Shown here one piece after another: positions 9,185-19,524 of a DNA stretch of 64,000 nucleotides. Position 1 is the stretch's first letter; the number at the start of each line of letters is the position of its first letter. The notes beneath the pieces are model-generated. The model saw nothing but the letters and a program-made list of their open reading frames with translations, had not been told where the DNA came from and did not search any database. The DNA comes from an uncultured Acidimicrobiia bacterium (GTDB lineage Bacteria > Actinomycetota > Acidimicrobiia > Spongiisociales > UBA5794), in contig CAWGCJ010000002.1 of the NCBI GenBank assembly GCA_963821095.1, forward strand, positions 360,954 through 424,953, written 5' to 3'. The translations under genes and the position numbers were made by a program.

Positions 9185-10786
9185 ATGACCCGGATTCGGT
9201 TGATTCTCGTGCTGGCGCTGCTCGCCGGAGCTTGCTCCGCGGGCCCCGACCAGTTGGCGACGACGGAGACGTACCCTCCGACGACAAACGCGCCGGCGCA
9301 GACCGAGGTCACCCGGATCACGTTGCCGCCGTCATCCGGCCCGCTGATCGAGGCTGCCGTCAATCCGCTGACGGTGCGTCCGATCCCGATCGACACCCTG
9401 GCGTTGATGCCGCTACAGGCGTTACACACACCCTTTACCGGGTTCGCGATGACGGAAAGCTTCGAAGAGACCAACGAACGCGCCATCGATCGGCTTCCCG
9501 ACGGCCGGGACGAAGCCGTAGATGTCGACACGTTCGGAAGGCAAACGGGCTACCGATCGGTGCTCAGGCCGACGTGGTCAGCTTCGGGGGACACGGTCGC
9601 AGTTGACACCTGGGTGGCAACGTTCACGAGTCCGCAGGGTGCCTCGGACTACCTACGCGACTACGCAGGGGATGTCCTGAAGGACCGCGACGCGGGCCAC
9701 GCCGCCGACATGCGCATCAACGAAGCCCGCCTCTTTGATGTCGAAGAGGTCGGCGAGGAAGCCATCGGCTTGATCTTGCAGGAAACCGTCCCCACGACCG
9801 ACGATGAACTCCAAGAAACCATCGTCGGGTTCCGTATCGGTCGCATCCTGGCGTTTGTGAGCGTGCTGCAGGACAGCCCGGCGGATATCCGCATCGTGAT
9901 GCTCGGCGTTGCATCGGACCTAGCCGAACGCATCATCGGAGCGCTCGATGGCTCCCTCGAGGTACCGGTGGTCGACACGCCTGCCGAATTGGTTTCCTAC
10001 CGCTTTGACTACGAACAGGCCCTGACCCAGAAGTTCACCGAGGCAGTCGAGGCCATTCCCGACGACGAAGACGACGAAGGCGAAGAACCGGAACCTCCCC
10101 CAGAAGATGAAGAGCCTCCCCCTGAAGGTGAGGAACCCCCGCCGGACGACGGAGAACCTCCGCCCGATGAGGGCGCCGAGCCGACGACCACCACCGAACC
10201 GCCGCGCCAATACGTGAGCCGAACCCTCACCACCAGAGTCACCGCCACCGGCGTGGTCGACGGTGACTCCATGGAGTGCACGGTGTCGTACAACACCGAA
10301 GGAAGCCGAACCGGGAACAAGTACGTCGTGATCGACGACGAGGCCTGGGTCCTCAAGGGAAGCAGCTACACCGAGATCGAGCGTTACACCGAGCCGTATG
10401 CCGCCGATCTGCTCTACTGCCCCGGTTGGTCGCCCTCGCGCAGCGAATCAGGGGTTCGACCATCCACGCGGCCGGGACGTGGCATTCTCGAAGAAACCTC
10501 CGATGGCGGACAGATCGAACGATTCGACCTTTCGGCGAGCGATCTGGTCTCGATTGGTCTCGGCGGCGTCGACGCCGGGGGCATCCGAGTCGACCGCTTT
10601 CACGTCTGGACTGGCGGTGAGGGCCCTTGGGTCGTGCGAGTCGATCTGCAGATGCGGGGCTCGGCGAGCGCCATGGAGCGGGCCCTCGGCGCCGGCTTTC
10701 GCGCCGGCGGCAACGTCACGATCGGCCTCGAGTTCGGGGCCAGCGACTTCAACGACCCGACCATCCGGATAGGTCGCCCCGGCTAG
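9185..10786 (+). CDS. Lipoprotein of unknown function with an acidic Pro-rich tandem-repeat linker.
   Basis: The real start, MTRIRLILVLALLAGACSAG, has an LAGC lipobox at ATG 9185, 130 codons into ORF 8795..10786. An RBS-like aagagg lies upstream. The linker reads EPEPPPEDEEPPPEGEEPPPDDGEPPPDEG. Confidence 0.6.
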   Translation: MTRIRLILVLALLAGACSAGPDQLATTETYPPTTNAPAQTEVTRITLPPSSGPLIEAAVNPLTVRPIPIDTLALMPLQALHTPFTGFAMTESFEETNERAIDRLPDGRDEAVDVDTFGRQTGYRSVLRPTWSASGDTVAVDTWVATFTSPQGASDYLRDYAGDVLKDRDAGHAADMRINEARLFDVEEVGEEAIGLILQETVPTTDDELQETIVGFRIGRILAFVSVLQDSPADIRIVMLGVASDLAERIIGALDGSLEVPVVDTPAELVSYRFDYEQALTQKFTEAVEAIPDDEDDEGEEPEPPPEDEEPPPEGEEPPPDDGEPPPDEGAEPTTTTEPPRQYVSRTLTTRVTATGVVDGDSMECTVSYNTEGSRTGNKYVVIDDEAWVLKGSSYTEIERYTEPYAADLLYCPGWSPSRSESGVRPSTRPGRGILEETSDGGQIERFDLSASDLVSIGLGGVDAGGIRVDRFHVWTGGEGPWVVRVDLQMRGSASAMERALGAGFRAGGNVTIGLEFGASDFNDPTIRIGRPG

Positions 10787-10908
10787 CGCTTTAGCCAGCC
10801 GCAGCGCCGAGCACGGGCCGAGCGGGCCACCCTCCAACTCACCAACGCCAAAGACGGGGTACCGGGTACCCACCGAAACCTTCATCACACACGGTTGGTG
10901 TGACGTCG

Positions 10909-11493
10909 CTACGCCTTCAGTCCCTGCAACAAGAACCGAACCGCGGCGTCGGCGATCTCGTGCACTTCCTGTTTGGGCTCATCTGCGTCCATCACGGTAC
11001 GCCCGGCCGTCATGATGACCTGGAAGATGAGGCGACCGGCAAGTGGTTCGGGCATGTCTCGAAACAGCCCCGTCTCGACCCCCCGCCGGTAGCTGGTGGT
11101 GAAGGCCTCCGACAGGTCGCGGTGGCTCACCGCGATCGCACGCTGCGCCTCATCGGACAGTCGCGGGACCTCGGTATGGAGGATCAGACCGAGGTGGTCG
11201 GTTCCGACAAACTCGATCATCCGCGAGCAAAGGGCGCCAAGTTGCTGATCGGGCTCGAGCGAGTCGGGGACCATGACAGCCATTTCTTCGACGAGGTCGG
11301 GCAGAGCCTGCTGCACAACCTCGACAAGCAGATCCTCGGCGCTGGCGAAATACTCGTAGAACGTGGTCCGCCCGATGCCGGCGGCCGCCGCGATGTCGGC
11401 ATGAGAGGTGTGTTGAAACCCTTGTTGGGCGAAGAGTTCGAGCGCTGCCTCGAACAGCGCCTGCCGGGTCGCGATGCGGTGCTGTCGTTCCAT
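10909..11493 (-). CDS. TetR/AcrR family transcriptional regulator.
   Basis: The N-terminal HTH reads RQALFEAALELFAQQGFQHTSHADIAAAAGIGRTTFYEYFASAEDLL, with a TetR_C-like remainder. Confidence 0.85.
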   Translation of the reverse strand: MERQHRIATRQALFEAALELFAQQGFQHTSHADIAAAAGIGRTTFYEYFASAEDLLVEVVQQALPDLVEEMAVMVPDSLEPDQQLGALCSRMIEFVGTDHLGLILHTEVPRLSDEAQRAIAVSHRDLSEAFTTSYRRGVETGLFRDMPEPLAGRLIFQVIMTAGRTVMDADEPKQEVHEIADAAVRFLLQGLKA

Positions 11494-11587
11494 GAGCTAC
11501 AAACGAGTGTATCGCCCTGAACGACTAGTTGACCGCGAGGCGAGGACCGAGGCGCCGTGGGAAGCGCCTGCTCTTGCCCGGGCCGAG

Positions 11588-13471
11588 TCAGCCTTCGGGC
11601 ACGGGGGTTCGAACTTCGACCGGCTCATACAGAGTGCTTCGTTGCACGGGACGGCGCCCGGCAGCGCGGATGGCCACCTCGAAGTCGGTTGGTTCCATCA
11701 TCGTGCCGTGCGACGCCCCGGCGGCACGGGAGATGGTTTCGTCCATCAGGGTCCCTCCGAAGTCGTTGCAGCCGGCCGCCAGTAGCCGGGTACCGGCTTG
11801 GAGACCGAGCTTGACCCACGACGCCTGGATGTTGGGGATGAGCCCATCAAAGGCGATTCGGGCAACGGCGTGAACCAGGACGACCTCATCCCACGTCGGT
11901 CCGGGACGGCTCCTGCCCCGCAAGTAGATCGGACTACCCATGTGGACGAACGGAAGCGGGACAAACTCGGTGAAGCCGCCGGTACGAGCCTGGACCTCAC
12001 GAAGAACCTCGAGATGGTTCGCCCACGAACGAGGCGAATCGATGTGGCCGAACATGATGGTCGCCGTCGAACGCAGCCCGAGGTCGTGAGCGGTCAGCAT
12101 CACGTCGGCCCACTGTGCGGTCCGGATCTTGTCGGGACAGAGGAAGCGACGCACGTCGTCATCGAGGATCTCCGCTGCGGTCCCCGGCAACGTCCCGAGC
12201 CCGGCGTCTCGCAAGCGAGTGAGGAATTCCCGCACCGAAACCCCGAGCGTCTCGGCACCCTGCCACACCTCGAGCGGGGTGAACCCGTGAATATGCATGT
12301 CGGGAAGGTATTGCTTGATCGATTCAACGACGGTCACGTAGAAGTCGCCGGTGAACTCAGGGTGGATCCCTCCCTGCAGGCAGACCTCGGTGGCCCCCCG
12401 GTTCCACGCCTCAACGGAGCGCTCCACCACCTGCGGAACCGACATCAGATAGGGATCGCCCCGCAGATTCAGCGAGCGCGGGCCCTTGGAGAAGGCGCAG
12501 AAGCCGCAACGGAAGTAGCACTGGTTCGTGTAGTTGATGTTGCGATTGACCACGTAGGTGACGGCGTCCCCGTTGGTGCGGCGGCGTAGTTCATCGGCGA
12601 CGTTGGCGATGGCGTCGACCTCTCCGCCACGGGATCGGAAGAGCCGCTCCACCTCGTCGCGGGTCGGCCGGGTTCCCTCGAGCGAGCGGCGCAGAATGCC
12701 GTCGAGGTCGGCAGCTACCCCGTTGAGATCGCCATCATCGGAACCGACCAGCCAGCTCTGGTCCATCCACTCGGCGGAGAAGCGCTCTGTCGGCACCGGG
12801 GCGAGCATGTCCTTGCCGGGGGCCCACTCGTAGCGGGGCCGGGCGTAGCCGGAGGCATCGACCAGGTCGAGGTAGCCCTTGAACAGGTCGGCATCGAGGT
12901 GGGCGCGCAGAGTGTCGACGGCGACGTCCGGCGGGAGGGCGGCCCGCTCGGCCAGCCGGATCGGCGCCAGTTCGTCACGGAGCGCGCCGAGGCTCTCGGT
13001 ATCCCAATCCCGCAGCAGCAAGTCGGTCGCTCCGGCCGCAACCGCGACCGCGGCGTCATCCACTGAATCGACGAACACGGAAACGCGACAGGCGACCGTC
13101 GGAAGGTTCGCCAACGACGTTGCGTCGGCGACGTGGCTCCGGCCGGTGCGCAGGTAGGCCGCCTTGGTCCGAGCCAGCGCATCAAGCACCAGCTCCCGCT
13201 CGCCGGTGTCGACGATCGTCAACCGCCAGCCGAGGTCGCCGGAGTCACCAATCTGCATGGCGTCGGCTGGTTCGAGTACCCAGGCAACGGGCTCGATGTC
13301 GTCGACCGCACGAGCAATCGGAGCCAGCCCTCCGGCGAGAGCGCCCGTCCGCCCGACGGCATCGAGCGTGGGTACCTCAACGGCAGTCGCCCCCTCGCGG
13401 CGGCGGGTGGCAGCCCACAACTCGTTGACTTGGTCGGCGGGCCGAAGCCGCAAGAACGTGATGTCGGTCAT
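11588..13471 (-). CDS. cofH: CofH (FO synthase subunit 2, radical SAM) carrying an unusual ~260-aa N-terminal extension.
   Basis: The radical-SAM motif CYFRCGFC sits ~325 aa after the MTDITF start, with CofH-like C-terminal motifs. The ATG overlaps the cofG stop as ATGA. The N-terminal 260 aa has balanced composition and looks genuinely coding. Confidence 0.75.
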   Translation of the reverse strand: MTDITFLRLRPADQVNELWAATRRREGATAVEVPTLDAVGRTGALAGGLAPIARAVDDIEPVAWVLEPADAMQIGDSGDLGWRLTIVDTGERELVLDALARTKAAYLRTGRSHVADATSLANLPTVACRVSVFVDSVDDAAVAVAAGATDLLLRDWDTESLGALRDELAPIRLAERAALPPDVAVDTLRAHLDADLFKGYLDLVDASGYARPRYEWAPGKDMLAPVPTERFSAEWMDQSWLVGSDDGDLNGVAADLDGILRRSLEGTRPTRDEVERLFRSRGGEVDAIANVADELRRRTNGDAVTYVVNRNINYTNQCYFRCGFCAFSKGPRSLNLRGDPYLMSVPQVVERSVEAWNRGATEVCLQGGIHPEFTGDFYVTVVESIKQYLPDMHIHGFTPLEVWQGAETLGVSVREFLTRLRDAGLGTLPGTAAEILDDDVRRFLCPDKIRTAQWADVMLTAHDLGLRSTATIMFGHIDSPRSWANHLEVLREVQARTGGFTEFVPLPFVHMGSPIYLRGRSRPGPTWDEVVLVHAVARIAFDGLIPNIQASWVKLGLQAGTRLLAAGCNDFGGTLMDETISRAAGASHGTMMEPTDFEVAIRAAGRRPVQRSTLYEPVEVRTPVPEG

Positions 13472-14610
13472 GAGGAAGCCCCCTCGAGCTGCGGGGCGAG
13501 AGCGTAGCCCTCGTCGTCGACCGCAGCGGCGACCTTCCCCAGAAGACCTGCGTCGATCCACTCCGGGCTGATGAACTCGGGATACAACGGCAGGCGCGGC
13601 ATGAGCCGGAATCCGGCGTCCCGGGTCACAGCGGTCAGCTTGTCGAGGTGGGGCCACGGCGCCTCCGGGTTGACCCAGTCGATGGTGAGTGGGGAGACCC
13701 CGCCCCAGTCGTTGATGCCGGCGTCGAGGTAGATCCCGAAGTCCTCGGTGAGGTTCGGCGGCACCTGGAGATTCATCTCCGGCCCGAAGATCCAGCGGGC
13801 GACGGCAACGACCCTGGCGAAGTACTGGACGGTCGGCTCGGCGTCACGCCGCATCAGGGTGTCGGCCTTGGCCCGGAAGTTCTGGACGATGATCTCCTGG
13901 ATCGATCCCCCGCGAGCTTGGAGATCACGCAGCGCAAACAGCGAGTCGATGACCTCGGCGGGGGTTTCCCCGATACCAACCAGGACCCCGGTGGTGAATG
14001 GCACCTTCTGGCGCCCGGCGGCCTCGATGGTCGCCACCCGGGCGGCGGGGTCCTTGTCCGGGCAGTTGTGGTGCGGCATGCCGGGCTCCATCAACCGTGG
14101 TGAGATGTTCTCGAGCATCATGCCCATCGACGGATTCGACGGCCGCAACGCGACCAGAGCCTCGTCGGAGAGCAGACCGGGGTTGGCGTGCGGAAACAGC
14201 GCAGTCTCCGCGTTGACCGCCTCGGTCAGCATCTGCACGTAGTCGAGCGTCGTGGCACAGCCGTGTCCGGCCAAGAAGTCGGCCGCTTGGGGCCAACGTG
14301 TTTCCGGCTGGTCTCCCAGGGTGAAGAGCGCCTCGGTGCAGGCGTGTGCCTCCCCGGCCCTGGCAACGGCCATCACGTCGCCGGGATCGAGGTACACGCC
14401 GCCGGCGCCCGGGGGCTTGGCAAATGTGCAGTACGTACACGTGTCCCGGCACAGCGTGGTGACGGGAATGAACACCTTGCGCGAGTATGTGATCGTTCGC
14501 CCCCTGCCCTCGTCGCGGAGGCGTTGCGCCTCCGCAAACAGCGGCGCAACGTCGCGATGGCCCAGAACAAAGTCCAGCGCCAACTCCGGTTCCGGTAGCG
14601 GGAGAGTCAT
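13468..14610 (-). CDS. cofG: CofG (FO synthase subunit 1, radical SAM).
   Basis: The start MTLPLPEPE lies 93 codons into ORF 13468..14889. The CRDTCTYC CxxxCxxC motif is present and the protein is CofG-like throughout. Confidence 0.85.
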   Translation of the reverse strand: MTLPLPEPELALDFVLGHRDVAPLFAEAQRLRDEGRGRTITYSRKVFIPVTTLCRDTCTYCTFAKPPGAGGVYLDPGDVMAVARAGEAHACTEALFTLGDQPETRWPQAADFLAGHGCATTLDYVQMLTEAVNAETALFPHANPGLLSDEALVALRPSNPSMGMMLENISPRLMEPGMPHHNCPDKDPAARVATIEAAGRQKVPFTTGVLVGIGETPAEVIDSLFALRDLQARGGSIQEIIVQNFRAKADTLMRRDAEPTVQYFARVVAVARWIFGPEMNLQVPPNLTEDFGIYLDAGINDWGGVSPLTIDWVNPEAPWPHLDKLTAVTRDAGFRLMPRLPLYPEFISPEWIDAGLLGKVAAAVDDEGYALAPQLEGASS

Positions 14611-14653
14611 CTTTGGAACGCTATCACGGCCGTGTTCGCTAGGAAGGGTGTCG

Positions 14654-16005
14654 CTATCCGGGCTCAGGAATGGGTGCCCCGACTCCTTGCGGCTCAGCGT
14701 CCTCGACGGTTGACACCTCGTCGGGTAGCGCATCGGGGACCTCGGCCTCGAGGTTGCGTAGCCGCGGGTACGAGAGAGCCAGCCCGGACAACACGAGGCC
14801 GAAGAGTCCGAGCATGATGAACAGGAGCGCGGCACCGCGCCCGGCGCCGGCGCCGATGATGGAACCAACACTGCCCGCGAGAGCTCCACCTGCCTCCATC
14901 ATCGGCTGGAAGACGTCATCGACGAGCGGCCCGACGAGGATCAAGGCGAGCGGCCCGGCGATCTGGGCCAGGGTGCGACGGACGGCGAAGACCCGCCCCT
15001 GAACGTCGGGGTCGACCTTGGCTTGCCAGATCGCCTGGCTTGAACCGTTGGCCACCGGAATGGCGAAGAACACGAGGAAGGCAGCGGCGGTGACTAGGGC
15101 GATCGATGGCCGCAGTCCGATGAGGATGAGACCGATACTGACGATGACGTCGGCGGCGATCACCCCGAGCACCCGGCGTTTGGGTCCTCCCCAGATGCTC
15201 ATGAGCAGGCTGCCCAGAATCATCCCAGTTGCGCCGATTGAGAGAACCAGCCCGGTCGCCTGTTCAGAAGCGAATCCGAGCAGGAGCGGGAACACCAGGA
15301 CGCCGACGAATCCGAAGACGAGGTTGAGAGCTGCGAAGTACCCGAGCAGGGCAAGGAGCCCGGGCCGTTCCCGGATGTACCGGAAGCCAAACCGTGTCTC
15401 GTGCCACAGGCTCCCGGCACCTTCCTTCCCGGCCTCGGACTGCTCGGGCCGTGGGAAGCGGACGATGAGCAAGGCCCCGACGGCGACCAGGAACGTCACA
15501 ACATCGACGCTGATCACCGCAGCCAGCCCACCGGTGGTGAGGAGGATGCCTGCCAGCGCGGGAGCGAGCACCATCCCGACCCCTTCACCGAGCTGGATCA
15601 GGCCGGCGGCCCGACCGTAGTTGTCCTTGCGGACCAGAAGCGTTGTGGTGGCCGAGTAGGCCGGCCATTGGAAGGTCTGGAAGATGCCCTGGACGGCGAG
15701 GAGCGGATAGAGGTGCCACACGTCGAGATTGCCACTCCACAGCAGCGCGGCGATCGCCAGCGTGGCGAGGCCGGCGCCGGTGTCGCTCAGGATCATCGCC
15801 CAGCGTCGATCCCACCGGTCGACCAATGCCCCGGCGAATGGCGTGAACAGGATCTGCGGGAGTTGCGACGCCAGCAGGATCATCGCCAACTGGGTGGCCT
15901 CACCCGTCTCCTGGTACACGTAGATCGAGAGGCCAAAGCCGGTGAGGTTGGTACCGATCAGCGACACGAACTGACCGGCCCACACCACGAGGAAGGTGCG
16001 CATCC
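14654..16005 (-). CDS. MFS transporter (MFS_3/EntS-like exporter family).
   Basis: The real start is near MRTFLVVWAGQFVSLIGTNLTGF. There are 12 predicted TM segments and an MFS signature region. The upstream 109 codons of the ORF are low-complexity. Confidence 0.7.
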
Positions 16006-16263
16006 CGCTTTCTGGTAGTGCTTCGCTCACGGTACCGTCCAATGGTCGGTGTTTCCCGACCATTCTATTGTCGACGGCTCTCCCGGTGGTGTCAAGCGAG
16101 GCGGAGACTCGAGCGCGGCGATCCGCCACACCTCTGGTATCGGCCTGGTCGTAGCAATCTCGCTGACCAGGAGTCGGAGGCCTCTGGTGGTAGCAACCGA
16201 TTCTGTGATTGATGCAGGCGAGGAAGCAACGGACCGCCCACGACCCGGAAATGGAGGACAAGC

Positions 16264-16593
16264 GTGCTGGTCGGAAGGCCGGAGCCCCAACGCCCTTGGT
16301 CAGACTTGACGAAGTGGGTTCTGATCGCACTCAGTATCCCCGTGCTGGTTGCAGTCTTCGCAGGCTTCCTGCTGTCAACTATGTTGTCCGACGGATGTAG
16401 CACGGAGGCGTGCGAGTCGGCCCTGCTCAGGATCTGGCTCGGATGGGGCATCGCCATACTCACCGTCCCATTGTTGGTCTTGATCGTCACTCGCCTTGCC
16501 AAGCGACCACGGCTCATTTACCCGCTCCTGGTGGCCGGATGGTTCCTGTCGCTCGTCGTCGCGATGGCGCTATTCGAACACGCCCTCGCATGA
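16264..16593 (+). CDS. Small hypothetical membrane protein with three hydrophobic helices.
   Basis: KWVLIALSIPVLVAVFAGFLL...IWLGWGIAILTVPLLVLIVTRL...LLVAGWFLSLVVAMALF. The start codon is uncertain. Confidence 0.35.
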   Translation: MLVGRPEPQRPWSDLTKWVLIALSIPVLVAVFAGFLLSTMLSDGCSTEACESALLRIWLGWGIAILTVPLLVLIVTRLAKRPRLIYPLLVAGWFLSLVVAMALFEHALA

Positions 16594-16641
16594 TGGGGCG
16601 CAGTAGGGTCGGCCTATCAGCTACCCGAAGGAGCCACGTTC

Positions 16642-17541
16642 ATGGAGCGACCGGAAGGCATTGTCGACTTCGTTCCCGATCCCGATCTTTTTCCTTTCGA
16701 GTCACGATGGTTTGCCAGTTCGGTGGGTCCGGTTCACTACATCGACGAAGGCAAGGGGCGACCCCTGCTCCTCCTCCATGGCAACCCCGACTGGAGCTTC
16801 CTCTACCGCAACATCGTGATCGGTCTGAAGGACCGCTTTCGGTGTGTTGCCTTGGACTACCCCGGCTTCGGGCTCTCAATCCATCCCGACGGCTACGAGT
16901 ACACGGCAGCCGAACACGCCACCGTGGTCCGCGAACTCGTCGAACACCTCGACCTGCATGACATGGTGGTGATGGGTCAGGACTGGGGCGGACCCATCGG
17001 CATGGAGACCGCCTCGCAGATGCCCGATCGGGTTGGTGGACTGGTGATGGGCAACACCTGGTTCTGGCCTGCGGACGCCGTCATGCTGACGTCGTTCAGC
17101 AGGGCGATGGGCTCTTCCCCGATGCAGAGCCTCATCATCAAACGCAACTTCTTCGTCACCACGCTGATGAAGCGCACCCTCAAGGTCGACCTCACCGATC
17201 GCGAATTCGACCACTACGTCAAGGTCGTTCCCACCCCCGACTCCCGAAAGGGCATTGCCGTCTTCCCCATCCAGATCCGGTCGGCCCGACCCTGGATGGC
17301 CGAGCTGGAGCCGCGGGTGAAGTCCACCCTGAGCAGCAAGCCGATCGTCCTGATCTGGGGCATGAAGGACCCCGCCTTTGGCGCAGCCGGCGTCCTCGAG
17401 CGATGGAAGGCGACGTTCCCCCAGGCCAAGGTGATTCGCTTGGAATCCGCCGGGCATTACATCCAGGAGGACGCCCCCGACCAGATCATCGAGGCCATCG
17501 GCAGCACTTTCGGCCCAACGTCTGGTAACTCGACCACGTGA
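16642..17541 (+). CDS. Alpha/beta hydrolase, haloalkane-dehalogenase-like.
   Basis: HGNPDWSFLYRN is present. The nucleophile elbow GQDWGGPIG carries Asp as in haloalkane dehalogenases. A C-terminal His motif SAGHYIQEDAP follows. Confidence 0.8.
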   Translation: MERPEGIVDFVPDPDLFPFESRWFASSVGPVHYIDEGKGRPLLLLHGNPDWSFLYRNIVIGLKDRFRCVALDYPGFGLSIHPDGYEYTAAEHATVVRELVEHLDLHDMVVMGQDWGGPIGMETASQMPDRVGGLVMGNTWFWPADAVMLTSFSRAMGSSPMQSLIIKRNFFVTTLMKRTLKVDLTDREFDHYVKVVPTPDSRKGIAVFPIQIRSARPWMAELEPRVKSTLSSKPIVLIWGMKDPAFGAAGVLERWKATFPQAKVIRLESAGHYIQEDAPDQIIEAIGSTFGPTSGNSTT

Positions 17542-17939
17542 CCGACCAATTCCCGACACCAGACATGGCGCTGACGCACATCCTCGTGGTCGGCGACGTG
17601 CCGGAATCAAGCCGCTGGTATGAGGATGTCCTCGGCGCCGAGTTGTATCGGGAGTACGGCACGTCGGCGGTGTTCTCGTTCAACGGGACATGGCTGCTGC
17701 TCGTCGAAGGCGGAGCTCCAACCGCCGACAAGCCCAACGTCGAATTTGCGCCGCCCGACCCGGCCCGCCTCAGCCACTCCTTCACGATCCGGGTCCCCGA
17801 CTGCCGCGCCGCCTACACAACGTTGGCGGCCCGCGGCGCCGAATTCCTCACGCCGCCGCATGACTGGGGTGCAGAGATCCGCTGCTTCTTCCCCGACCCC
17901 GACGGTCACCTCTGGGAAATCAGCCAACTCACCGGCTGA
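17538..17939 (+). CDS. VOC/glyoxalase-family protein.
   Basis: The 133-aa ORF has a glyoxalase-like fold signature (HILVVGDVPESSRWYEDVLGAEL...HLWEISQ). Its start overlaps the upstream stop (ATGA). Confidence 0.7.
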   Translation: MTDQFPTPDMALTHILVVGDVPESSRWYEDVLGAELYREYGTSAVFSFNGTWLLLVEGGAPTADKPNVEFAPPDPARLSHSFTIRVPDCRAAYTTLAARGAEFLTPPHDWGAEIRCFFPDPDGHLWEISQLTG

Positions 17940-17952
17940 AGGCACGGAGCCC

Positions 17953-19524
17953 TCAATCGGTGTGATCGGCAACGGCGGCCCGCAGGACGAACTTCTGGAC
18001 CTTGCCGGTCGACGTCTTGGGGAGGTCGGTGAAGAACACCAGCTTCGGCGCCTTGAAGTGGGCGATGCGGGAGCGCACATGTTCGATGAGGTCGTCCCCC
18101 GTCACCTGAGCGCCCGGCACTGTCGCCACGTAGGCAACGGGGATCTCGCCCCACGTGTCATCCGGGTGGGCGATCACGGCGACCTCGAGAACGTCGGGGT
18201 GGGAGGCGACCGCCTGCTCGACCTCGATCGATGCGATGTTCTCGCCCCCCGAGATGATGATGTCCTTGGCGCGGTCGCGCAGTTCGACGTAGCCGTCTGG
18301 ATGCATCACGCCGAGGTCGCCGGTGCGGAACCATCCATCGGGAACGGCTCGCTCGGTCGCCTCCTCATCCCGGTAGTAGCCAGCCATCAAGTTGTTGCCG
18401 CGAATCGCCACCTCGCCGATCGTGGATGCGTCGGCGGGGACGTCATCGCCGTTCTCATCAACCACCCTGGTGTGTTCTGAGGTGATGGTTCCTACGCCTT
18501 GGCGTGCCTTGATGGTGGCTTGGGTTTGCGCATCGAGGCCATCCCACTGCGGTTGCCACTCGCAGATGGTGGCCGGGCCGTAGGTCTCGGTGAGTCCGTA
18601 CAGATGGGTGACGTGCATGCCGAGTTCCGCCATCCGTTCCAAAATCGCCGGTGACGGCGGCGCTCCGCCGGTGGCGATCTGCACCCGTTGCGGCGGCGGG
18701 CCATCGGCGGCTGCGGAGTGAAAGGCGACCATCGTCAGCACGGTGGGGGCGCCGTTGAAGTGGGTCACTCCCTCCTCGCGCAGCAGGCGCCAGATCTCTC
18801 CGGCATCGACCTTGCGCAAACACAGGTGGGTACCCCCGGCAGCGGTGATGCCCCAGGTGTAGGTCCACCCGTTGCAGTGAAACATCGGCAGGGTCCACAG
18901 GAACACGCTGCTGGTGTCGATCCGGGAGTGGTACGCCATCGAAAGCGCCTGGAGGTAGGCGCCCCGATGCAGGTACATGACACCCTTCGGTTGGCCTGTG
19001 GTGCCGCTGGTGTAGTTGATCGAGATCAATGACCGCTCATCGGTAACCGGGACTTTGGCCGGTTCAGACGCCGCAATCAGCCCTTCATACGTTCCCCCGG
19101 GCCCGTCGGCATCGACGACGATCAGCTCGTGTTCGACCGTCGCTGCGATCTCGGCGACGACATCGACCCACTCATGGTCGTAGATGAGCACGTTGGCTCC
19201 GGAGTGGTCGACGATGTAGGCCAACTCCCCTGGCGCAAGGCGGTGGTTCATCGCCACCAAAACTCCCCCGGCCAGCGGCACGGCGTAGTGCGCTTCGAGC
19301 GTTACCCGAGTGTTGGGAGCCAGCACCGCCACCCTGTCGCCGGGCCGGACTCCTAGCTCGATGAGGCCGCCGGCCAGACGAGCGCACCGATCGGCGAACT
19401 CCCGGTACGTGTAGCGACGCTCTCCATCGATCACCGCGGTGCGGTCGGCGAAGACCACCGCCGAGCGTTCCAGGAACGCCAAAGGGGTCAGCGGTTGATC
19501 CCAGGGGATACGTGGCATGGACAT
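17953..19524 (-). CDS. AMP-dependent acyl-CoA synthetase/ligase.
   Basis: The AMP-binding motif YTSGTTGQPKGV is present, plus GLTETYG and the C-terminal GWFRTGD...PKTSTGKVQK. Confidence 0.85.
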   Translation of the reverse strand: MSMPRIPWDQPLTPLAFLERSAVVFADRTAVIDGERRYTYREFADRCARLAGGLIELGVRPGDRVAVLAPNTRVTLEAHYAVPLAGGVLVAMNHRLAPGELAYIVDHSGANVLIYDHEWVDVVAEIAATVEHELIVVDADGPGGTYEGLIAASEPAKVPVTDERSLISINYTSGTTGQPKGVMYLHRGAYLQALSMAYHSRIDTSSVFLWTLPMFHCNGWTYTWGITAAGGTHLCLRKVDAGEIWRLLREEGVTHFNGAPTVLTMVAFHSAAADGPPPQRVQIATGGAPPSPAILERMAELGMHVTHLYGLTETYGPATICEWQPQWDGLDAQTQATIKARQGVGTITSEHTRVVDENGDDVPADASTIGEVAIRGNNLMAGYYRDEEATERAVPDGWFRTGDLGVMHPDGYVELRDRAKDIIISGGENIASIEVEQAVASHPDVLEVAVIAHPDDTWGEIPVAYVATVPGAQVTGDDLIEHVRSRIAHFKAPKLVFFTDLPKTSTGKVQKFVLRAAVADHTD

